Assembly (NCBI GenBank): GCA_903926565.1
Contig: CAIYJU010000196.1
Span: 22-64,021 of the forward strand
From: an uncultured Bacteroidales bacterium
Lineage (GTDB): Bacteria; Bacteroidota; Bacteroidia; Bacteroidales; FEN-979
Length of the DNA stretch: 64,000 nucleotides
Direction of reading: 5' to 3'
Within the stretch, counting starts at the first letter, position 1. Each line of letters opens with the position of its first letter. Below, in pieces: positions 20,698 to 28,174 of the stretch. The position numbers and the translations under genes were made by a program. The notes under the pieces were generated by a model that saw only the letters and a list, made by a program, of their open reading frames with translations, ran no database searches and had not been told where the DNA came from.

Positions 20698-21132
20698 TTA
20701 TTTTGACCCTGGGAGGGGTGCTCCGTTGCTGTCAAACGAAAAATTGGAACTTATTTTAACAACAGTCTGATAGGTCACTTTTTCTTTATTGTCAGTGATT
20801 TGCAACGCACTTACCACCTCGTATTTAGGATCAAGTTTAAAAAGTTTGTCTTTAGCTTTCTTTGGCAGGTATGATTCATGAATTTTACGTTCAATCCGTA
20901 CCGTACGGCCAAGGGAATCAATCACCATGGTGGCAGGTGCATCCATGATGGTGATGGTGGCTTTGTAATTGCCTTTTTCCTTTGACCAGGATACTGGAAT
21001 TTCAATGGTTTGTGGAAACTTGGCCTGAAGCCTGTCTTTGATGTTCTGGGGAACCTGGCTTGGTTGTAGTTGCTGGGCAAATGAAAATGTTCCAAGAAGC
21101 ACAAACGCCAGAATAGCAATGATTTTTCTCAT
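20698..21132 (-). CDS. Secreted PepSY-like (BLIP-like) domain protein
   Basis: Signal peptide ending SFA, then VPQNIKDRLQAKFP...WSKEKGNYKA and a second LPKKAK half-repeat. Confidence 0.6.
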   Translation of the reverse strand: MRKIIAILAFVLLGTFSFAQQLQPSQVPQNIKDRLQAKFPQTIEIPVSWSKEKGNYKATITIMDAPATMVIDSLGRTVRIERKIHESYLPKKAKDKLFKLDPKYEVVSALQITDNKEKVTYQTVVKISSNFSFDSNGAPLPGSK

Positions 21133-21182
21133 AGAAAGATGAATTTTTAAATTAGGTAAAACTTAATTCAACACGGCCTTTT

Positions 21183-21225
21183 ACTTATTGACCCTATTGT
21201 AATAACTACAATAAGGTCAATAAGT
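21183..21225. other. 19-bp inverted repeat (stem-loop) downstream of the PID-CTERM gene
   Basis: ACTTATTGACCCTATTGTA-ataac-TACAATAAGGTCAATAAGT; the single mismatch is a G-U pair in the minus-strand RNA. Confidence 0.75.
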
Positions 21226-21284
21226 TTTAAAGAAGGCAAAATAATTGTGGTTGGTGCAAAAACAATTGTAAGTGTGGCCGCTGA

Positions 21285-21533
21285 CTAATTTTCCGGCTCA
21301 ACAATATTCTCTTGCTTAGCCTTGCGTGCAGTATAGAGTTTTTTACCACCATAGCCCAGGCCCAGTGCAAGCAGAATGCCAAGCCCGCCATCGATCGGTG
21401 CGCCGACAGGTGTTTGCCCACCACCACTTCCCTGGCCGCCACCGCTACCCGGAGGACCTGGAGGATCAGGCAATGAAACTAATGGTAAGGCGAAAATGGC
21501 CAGCAGGATAAAAACCAATTTGATCTTTTTCAT
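21285..21533 (-). CDS. Small secreted protein with PID-CTERM-type sorting signal
   Basis: Signal peptide, Pro/Gly-rich linker, APIDGG motif, TM helix LGILLALGLGYG, basic tail GKKLYTARKAK. Confidence 0.8.
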   Translation of the reverse strand: MKKIKLVFILLAIFALPLVSLPDPPGPPGSGGGQGSGGGQTPVGAPIDGGLGILLALGLGYGGKKLYTARKAKQENIVEPEN

Positions 21534-21588
21534 ATATGTATTTTTTTAATTTTCTAATGTTGTTAACTAACCCGATTTTATCGGTGTA

Positions 21589-23694
21589 TTATTTGATGAA
21601 AACTTTTCCGGCATTTGTGTTGGAATCTCCATCAACTTTTACAAGGTAAAATCCCGTGGGTACATCCAGATTGATTTTATTCAGGGAGTAGGCTTGTATG
21701 GTTGTTCTGGTAATTTCAATGCCAAGCATGTTGTAAACAACGATGTTGCCTTTCATGTCTGAAGGAATATTGACAAAAACGGTGTTTTCATTGCTGTAAA
21801 TTTTGATGCCGGATGGTTTGTTTTCTGATACACCGACAGAAGCAAAGTGAATGTTAAACCTGTGCTCCAAATCGCCGGATGTTGCTGAAAAAGTATAAAC
21901 CGGGTTGCTGTTCAGATCCTGAACTTTGTTTGCAAGAACGTCTTCCAGGTAGATGTCTGATCCTGCTGCAAATGTTCCCAGATCAGAGGCTGTTAAAGTA
22001 TAGGTGCCGTTAACACCAACTTTCAGGCCCATTGCCACTGTCGGGCGTGATGCTACATCAGCCAAGGAGTTGATTGAAAGAATTTCTGAAGGGGTAATTG
22101 AATAAAGTTGTGGTGCATCCTGCAGACCGAACAATTTATATGTGTCGTATTCAAAATCAAATCCGATGGTTGCTTCAGGCCTGAAATGGATGAAGGCAAA
22201 ATCTTCCGCAGCACCGCTGCCCTTAACGTTTAATTTCAGAAGGTTCTCAATGGTGTTCTTGTATAGCATTGTTCCGGAATGTTCTCTTGCAGCTTCGGGA
22301 ATAGTGATCGTTGCAGTATTGGTCAAAGCCTGAACAAAAAACGCCTGCTCTGCAGGGATGATCCCTCCCAGGAGTGTACCGGCAGCGCCATTGTAATATG
22401 CATAGTTATGGGTAAGTTCATTCCATGTATAAACTGAACCAAGAACATTTGATTTGGTAAGTGCATTCCAGTTTATTGCGCAAGGATAAGGATTGCCAAG
22501 AAGGTTCCAGCCGGTAGCTGATCCATAGGCACCTGTTAAAGTGATTCCAGGGGCATAAGAGGCATTGTTGTTTATGGTGCCGCCACTAAAGGTTACAAGA
22601 CCATCAGGTGCGTGTTTTGCAAGACCATAACCAACACCGGGAACCAATGGTAAAGTGGTTGGCCACACAAGTGAATCCCATTTGGTCGTAACTTCATTCC
22701 ATTTGTTCAGCATGCTTCCCAGGAAGGTGTTTATGGTTGCTCCAGAAACCGGGGATGATACGTAATGCCATTTTGTGGATCCGTCAGGCAACCCGGCAGT
22801 CCAGTTGGCAGTTACCCAACGTTGAACAGAGGTGGTGCCCGTTACAGTCAATGTACCCTGATTTAAAAATGAACCTGTTCCTGTTGCATCACCTTCAATC
22901 AAAAAGTTACCGGATACTGCTAAGGAATTTCCAGTAGTTAATGTGAGTTTTCCAGTGGGATTGATATTTAGGTTGTTACATTTAGCCACGCCAGGTAAAG
23001 TTCCATTTATTTGAATTTCATCACCTTGAATAACAGTATTGAAACATTTTGCTGGTGTCAAAACTGCCCCTGCTGAGCCAGATGGAGATGTTGCCCAACT
23101 AGCTGGGTCATCCCAATCTAGTGGACCACCAGTTGCAATTGAATAAAGTGTTGTTGCCGAAATGCCAGTTGATCCATTAATTGAAAAATCTGCAGAATAG
23201 GATGTAATTGTTATTTTCACACCTAAATTATTGTAGAAATTACAAACTGGATTAGCGTCAGGTGGTGATTTCCTTAAATGAATTGTTGTTGTCCCTGAAG
23301 GGCCGCCAATGTAAATAAAGCAAAAATAACCAATAAGCCTATCTGTCATAACAGGCAATGCATTAACGGTATTTGAAAAAAATGTGAATGAATAGATTCC
23401 ATTGCCAGTAGGTGGGTAATCTGGGTTTGCAATCCAGCCAAGAGTTTGAACTGGAAAGTAAACCTGCGAGAAAATGGAGGCTTGCGGAGCAAGTACATTC
23501 TCATCATAATTAAAGAAAATTTCTACTGTATGTATTCCAGTACCTGAAATACGAAGAGGAATTTTTACAGTATCTCCTGGATTGAGTCCATTACGTGTTC
23601 CCCCCAATTTAATGCCTTGAGAATGAACCTCAAAACCCGCTAAAATCATGGCTAGTGCAAAGAAGCCAATTAAAATGAAATTATTTTTTTTCAT
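21589..23694 (-). CDS. T9SS type-A CTD protein with N-terminal cohesin-like domain
   Basis: Signal peptide; VKIPLRISGTGIHTVEIFFNYDENVL (cohesin-like); central WHYVSSPV...GWNLLGNPYP...GFDFEYDTYKL module; CTD IKIYS...VYNMLG...GFYLVKV...KVFIK. Confidence 0.8.
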   Translation of the reverse strand: MKKNNFILIGFFALAMILAGFEVHSQGIKLGGTRNGLNPGDTVKIPLRISGTGIHTVEIFFNYDENVLAPQASIFSQVYFPVQTLGWIANPDYPPTGNGIYSFTFFSNTVNALPVMTDRLIGYFCFIYIGGPSGTTTIHLRKSPPDANPVCNFYNNLGVKITITSYSADFSINGSTGISATTLYSIATGGPLDWDDPASWATSPSGSAGAVLTPAKCFNTVIQGDEIQINGTLPGVAKCNNLNINPTGKLTLTTGNSLAVSGNFLIEGDATGTGSFLNQGTLTVTGTTSVQRWVTANWTAGLPDGSTKWHYVSSPVSGATINTFLGSMLNKWNEVTTKWDSLVWPTTLPLVPGVGYGLAKHAPDGLVTFSGGTINNNASYAPGITLTGAYGSATGWNLLGNPYPCAINWNALTKSNVLGSVYTWNELTHNYAYYNGAAGTLLGGIIPAEQAFFVQALTNTATITIPEAAREHSGTMLYKNTIENLLKLNVKGSGAAEDFAFIHFRPEATIGFDFEYDTYKLFGLQDAPQLYSITPSEILSINSLADVASRPTVAMGLKVGVNGTYTLTASDLGTFAAGSDIYLEDVLANKVQDLNSNPVYTFSATSGDLEHRFNIHFASVGVSENKPSGIKIYSNENTVFVNIPSDMKGNIVVYNMLGIEITRTTIQAYSLNKINLDVPTGFYLVKVDGDSNTNAGKVFIK

Positions 23695-23729
23695 ATAATT
23701 ATTTTTTAAGTTTTCTATAAGGATTAGGT

Positions 23730-25871
23730 TTAATTCGGATAAGTTCCATTTACATCACCTGAAAGCGTACCGTTAAAATTTGCACCGGTAAGGTTTGCAT
23801 TGTTGATGATCACGGTTGGGTTCTGGAACATCCAATCCGGTGCAAGGTATTGAGGGTTTGGTGTAAGGCCGGCAATACGGCGGCGTAATGGAATCACATC
23901 ACCATTATCCACTGAGCCATCCTGGTTGATATCCCCGGCACGTATCCTGAGCGGGTTGCCATCCAGGGTGCTCGTTAAGCCGGCGATATATCTTCTTAAA
24001 TTGATGACATCGCCCTGATCAACGCTGATCCATGGTGCAGTACTTGACGCATAAAGGTAGTATGATCCATTGTAAACATTCACTGTGTAAAAACCATTTA
24101 CATCCGTGGTAGCTGTGGCGATGACATTGGGTATCGGGGTAGTAGCTGGAGCTACTGGTTCGGGCCCGTCTTTTACATAAACAGTTACACCTGCCAGCGC
24201 GTAATTGGCAGCAGGAGAATTGTCATATTTAACATAGCCACTGAGGGTGTATTGAACGTTTATATTGATTCCACCGGCATTCCAGTTTGCTGGAACGATG
24301 GTTCCAACCATGTTGGCCAACTGGCACCCATCTTTAAAGACGATTTGGGTGGTTTCGCTTCCAACAACAGCAGTATAATTGAAGTTCAGGGTTATAAATG
24401 GGGCACCGTTAACAATAACAGGTGTTGTGCTGCTCCATGCGATATGAAGAACATTGCCCGTTAGTTGTACTGTAGCATTGTGAGGATTTAATGAATTGAC
24501 ATAGGTGAGCTTTGAAGCATCGAATGCGATGTTCATGGTTGCTGCGCCAATATCTGTACCAACCGGGATATTGGAAAATGAAACAGGCACGGCAACAGAT
24601 GAAGGATTTGCTGCACTGACAGATCCGATGTTTGCGTTCACAACAGCAGAAGCGGGCGTAACCGATCCGTTTGTATATCCGACACTGACCGGACTTCCGT
24701 TTGAGAACTGGGTTCCCGTAACAAAATTCACATTGGCTGTTCCAACACCATTATACATAAAACGTAACACGAGGAATTGTCCGTTAATGGAGGGTGCGCC
24801 AGGATTTGTGTAGAGAATGTTGATGCTGCTTCCTGAAGCGTAGGTTGTTACCGGGTAAATTGCGTTGAAAACGCCAATGAATGACATCCTGGGATTATCA
24901 TAAGTCAGTTTGACATCAAAATTGTTGGTTCCGGCTGGCATCCCGCTAAAGGTAAGTGGAAGATCAACCATTTGGCCCTGTACAGCATTGGGAATAGCAG
25001 GAAAGGAGGCAAATGCAGTGATGGGAGTGCCGGGATCAACACGACCATTGTTGTACGTGACTGCAATGTTGGCAGCTCCAACCGTTGAGATCACACAACC
25101 AGTACTGAAATTTACGTTTGCTGTGGCAAGTGTAGTATAACTGAAGTTAAGATTCAATTGGCTCGTATTGATGTCCATCCCCAGTGGGTTGGTTTTGGTA
25201 ACCGTAATGATACCGGCAGCAACATTTGAATTCAGACCGGTTGAAAGATTTCCTGTGCCGGTTACACTGATAAAGGTCAGTTTTGAGGGATCATAAGAAA
25301 TCTTTTGAGTCATTGCGCCAACGTTGGTTGGAAATCCTGAGTAGGTAACCGGAACAGTTACCGTTCCCAAAGGAGCTGAGATAATACCTATGTTCGCCTG
25401 GGCTGCATTACCCAGAAACGGACTTACAGCACCGTTTGTGAACGATCCGGTAAGAATGTTGGGCAGACCGCCAACCAAAGTGGCTACTTCACAATTTGCA
25501 GGTTGGAAAGCGATAGGAGATGTTAACCCGTTATATTTAAAATTAAGGGTCAGCAAGGTCCCTGGAGCCCAGGTGTGAGCTGTCAGATTCGTCCAGAGCA
25601 ATGTAATCACATTCCCTCCGGCGGCTCCAACAGTTAAGGCACCAATACCGGTTTGAAAACCTGTAACATTCTGGAAGGTCAGTACAGCCGGGTCAACCTG
25701 AACGTAAAACTGGAACGAGTTAATGTTATTAAACCCTGTAACACTTAGGTTGACTGACACATTCTCATTAGGACTAGCTGTAACAGTTTGCAGCGTAGCG
25801 GTGTATTGTCCGAACGATAAAGATCCGAAAACCAACACCATCAGCAGTGTAAAAGTAAATTTTCTCATCAT
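23730..25871 (-). CDS. Scaffoldin-like protein: four cohesin-like domains, a beta-sandwich and a dockerin; no T9SS CTD
   Basis: Four ~130-aa repeats (VQVDPAVLTF, ISYDPSKLTF, LTYDNPRMSF, IAFDASKLTY, each ending near NGxV); dockerin GDINQDGSVDNGDVIPLRRRIAG; ends GDVNGTYPN. Confidence 0.82.
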   Translation of the reverse strand: MMRKFTFTLLMVLVFGSLSFGQYTATLQTVTASPNENVSVNLSVTGFNNINSFQFYVQVDPAVLTFQNVTGFQTGIGALTVGAAGGNVITLLWTNLTAHTWAPGTLLTLNFKYNGLTSPIAFQPANCEVATLVGGLPNILTGSFTNGAVSPFLGNAAQANIGIISAPLGTVTVPVTYSGFPTNVGAMTQKISYDPSKLTFISVTGTGNLSTGLNSNVAAGIITVTKTNPLGMDINTSQLNLNFSYTTLATANVNFSTGCVISTVGAANIAVTYNNGRVDPGTPITAFASFPAIPNAVQGQMVDLPLTFSGMPAGTNNFDVKLTYDNPRMSFIGVFNAIYPVTTYASGSSINILYTNPGAPSINGQFLVLRFMYNGVGTANVNFVTGTQFSNGSPVSVGYTNGSVTPASAVVNANIGSVSAANPSSVAVPVSFSNIPVGTDIGAATMNIAFDASKLTYVNSLNPHNATVQLTGNVLHIAWSSTTPVIVNGAPFITLNFNYTAVVGSETTQIVFKDGCQLANMVGTIVPANWNAGGININVQYTLSGYVKYDNSPAANYALAGVTVYVKDGPEPVAPATTPIPNVIATATTDVNGFYTVNVYNGSYYLYASSTAPWISVDQGDVINLRRYIAGLTSTLDGNPLRIRAGDINQDGSVDNGDVIPLRRRIAGLTPNPQYLAPDWMFQNPTVIINNANLTGANFNGTLSGDVNGTYPN

Positions 25872-25936
25872 GGTATTTATTTTTATTGTTATTAATTTGT
25901 ATAAGTTCAGTAGGTTTTATATGTGATTGGTTATTT

Positions 25937-26983
25937 TTAATTGAATTTGATAATTTTTCGATTTGTTTCGTAAACAGATGTTTGGCCATTAAATACATAT
26001 TGGCAAAAGTAAATGCCCGCAGGCAACTGTATGAAACTGTCTTCAACCTTGTAATGCCCGGCAATTTGCAGATTACTAACAGGAATTTCCATGGTTTGGC
26101 CGGTCATGGAAAAAATCTTTATGGTGACATATCCATATTCCGGAACGGAATATTCAATGATTGTTTTTTCGGAAAATGGATTTGGACTAATAGTCAGATG
26201 TAAAAATGATTTAGATGGTTGCCCGGCAATACCTGCCAATGAATCAACAGACAGGATTGCAGCGGCTGAAACAACAACGCAACTGGTTGGATTCAGCATG
26301 CAACGATACCTGAACTGGTTGTAGTTTAAAGGAACCTGATTAACGACCAGCGTGTTTGTTTGGGTACCATTATAAATAGATGATTCTGAAAGATTCGTCC
26401 AATAAATACCACTGTTTCTGCTTTCCTGCCAGACATATTCCAAGGCGTTGGGTGAAGAAACCTGGAAAGCAGCGTTCGCTTGCGGAAAAACAGTTTTGTT
26501 TTCAGGCTCAGAAATGATTGTTGGCAATGCACCGAATACAGACCCGTTGGTGTAGCTAACGCTAATAATCTCAGGTGGCAGTGCAGCGTTGGCAATTTCG
26601 CAATTGTCATTGATAAATTGAAGATTTCCAGATTTTTTAATCACATCAAACCGTAATTTCAGGAGGGTAGTATTCATAAAAGTTGCGCCGGAGGTTTTGC
26701 TCCAAACGATGGCGATCCGGGGAGGGTTGTTAAGTGCATTAAAGATGAGCCCACTGGAAAGTTGGGGATCAATGTTCTCAACAGAACTGAATGAAAGCGA
26801 AAGTGAATCATATTTGATAAAAAGTGTAATTGCTCCAATGTTTGATAAATTGTTGCCGATCAGGGGAACAGACACAGAGGTGTTGTTGCAAATGCCAACA
26901 GTTCCAAGTGACAGTGCCGGAGTCTGAGCATTTAAAAGCAGGCCGGAAAGCATAAGCACCGCAATAAGGAAAGTTTTCCGCAT
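25937..26983 (-). CDS. Cohesin + Ig-like + T9SS CTD protein (paralog A)
   Basis: Signal peptide from ATG 26983 (MRKTF); VSVPLIGNNLSNIGAITLFIKYDSLSLSF; Ig-like YVWQES...YRC; CTD ISPNPFSE...GIYFCQ...KIIKFN. Confidence 0.8.
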   Translation of the reverse strand: MRKTFLIAVLMLSGLLLNAQTPALSLGTVGICNNTSVSVPLIGNNLSNIGAITLFIKYDSLSLSFSSVENIDPQLSSGLIFNALNNPPRIAIVWSKTSGATFMNTTLLKLRFDVIKKSGNLQFINDNCEIANAALPPEIISVSYTNGSVFGALPTIISEPENKTVFPQANAAFQVSSPNALEYVWQESRNSGIYWTNLSESSIYNGTQTNTLVVNQVPLNYNQFRYRCMLNPTSCVVVSAAAILSVDSLAGIAGQPSKSFLHLTISPNPFSEKTIIEYSVPEYGYVTIKIFSMTGQTMEIPVSNLQIAGHYKVEDSFIQLPAGIYFCQYVFNGQTSVYETNRKIIKFN

Positions 26984-27050
26984 TACAGAGACATTATGAC
27001 TTGAGCTTGTTCTTAATTGTTGCATATATAAATATGAGCAAATGTTTTTT

Positions 27051-28079
27051 TTAATTGCTTTTAATTGCTTTAACAATTTGATGAATTTTTTTATCCCGGG
27101 AAGTCATTGTTAATGTAAAAAAATACATTCCTGATGGCCATCCACTGGTGTTTAACAATATATTGTGAAGCCCTTTGTTTTGGGCGGGCAAGGTAATTTC
27201 AGTTATTTTCTCCCCGATGAGGTTCATTACCTGGAGGAGGGCATTGCCGCTGACAGGCAGGTTAAACGCTGCATTTATATGATCGGTAAATGGGGCCGGG
27301 GAAATGGAAAGATTTTTTTTGCCTGGACCTGAAGCATCTTCAGTCGAGGTAAGCGCATCTACAGAAAGAATTGCTGCAACTGAAATGGCGACGCAGTTTT
27401 CTTTAATTAAAACGCACTGATATTGGTTTTTGTCATAAGACAAAGGTGTAGGAAAAATGGAGAGCACATCGGAATTGGTACCTGAATAGATACCCCCGTC
27501 ATCAAGTGTTGTCCAGCTGGTTCCCTGATCAAGGCTCTCTTTCCAGAAATAGGAAACGGCATTGGGGGAAGATACAGTGAAAGAGACACGGTTTCCTTCA
27601 GTAATGGTAGAATCTTTTGGTTGCACTAATACGATTGGAAGGCTCGAATTGATAGCACCATTTGAATATTGCACAGGAATAACCGAACCTAAAGGGTCGG
27701 CAATTTCACAACCAGGGTTAAATGACACCGTACTGGTTTGGCCATTGGTAACAAATTTAAGATCAAATAATTTGTCATTTAAAAAGACAGAAGGAGTGGT
27801 GCTGCTCCATGCAAATGCAAGCTGAGCGGGTAAGGTCATCATATTCATGCTCATTCCGGTCAATTGCGGGTCAATATTTTCAATAGAAACATAGGTGAGA
27901 TTTGTTGTGTCAAACCCGATAAACAGGGTGATGGCTCCGACATTGGTCAAGGAGGCAGCTGTAACAGGAAGAAACACTTCCTGTCCTGCGCAGACCTCAA
28001 TAGTATTAATATTGAGGGTCTGCGCAGACAAGAAAGAGCACGGAATAAGTAAAAAGAAGAAAATTACTTTACTTTTCAT
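27051..28079 (-). CDS. Cohesin + Ig-like + T9SS CTD protein (paralog B)
   Basis: Signal peptide; VFLPVTAASLTNVGAITLFIGFDTTNLTY; Ig-like YFWKES...YQC; CTD ISPAPFTD...SGMYF...KAIKSN. Colinear with paralog A. Confidence 0.8.
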   Translation of the reverse strand: MKSKVIFFFLLIPCSFLSAQTLNINTIEVCAGQEVFLPVTAASLTNVGAITLFIGFDTTNLTYVSIENIDPQLTGMSMNMMTLPAQLAFAWSSTTPSVFLNDKLFDLKFVTNGQTSTVSFNPGCEIADPLGSVIPVQYSNGAINSSLPIVLVQPKDSTITEGNRVSFTVSSPNAVSYFWKESLDQGTSWTTLDDGGIYSGTNSDVLSIFPTPLSYDKNQYQCVLIKENCVAISVAAILSVDALTSTEDASGPGKKNLSISPAPFTDHINAAFNLPVSGNALLQVMNLIGEKITEITLPAQNKGLHNILLNTSGWPSGMYFFTLTMTSRDKKIHQIVKAIKSN

Positions 28080-28110
28080 TGTGACTCAGGCTGGAAGTGT
28101 TTTGATTCAT

Positions 28111-28165
28111 TATAAATTTATAAGAAAGCAAGAGGGCAACAGAATAAACTGTCGCCATCTTGCTT
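28111..28165 (-). terminator. Intrinsic terminator-like hairpin after the giant adhesin gene
   Basis: 17-position stem at 28126-28165 (AAGCAAGA...TCTTGCTT, one mismatch, one G-U pair), followed on the minus strand by U/A-rich UCUUAUAAAUUU. Confidence 0.65.
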
Positions 28166-28174
28166 CAGGTATTA

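Noticed and set aside
23695-23729. The 713-aa and 701-aa genes as one frameshifted or read-through gene that would supply the missing CTD
   Set aside because: The downstream gene has its own A-rich initiation region and signal peptide, and the 35-nt gap is out of frame.
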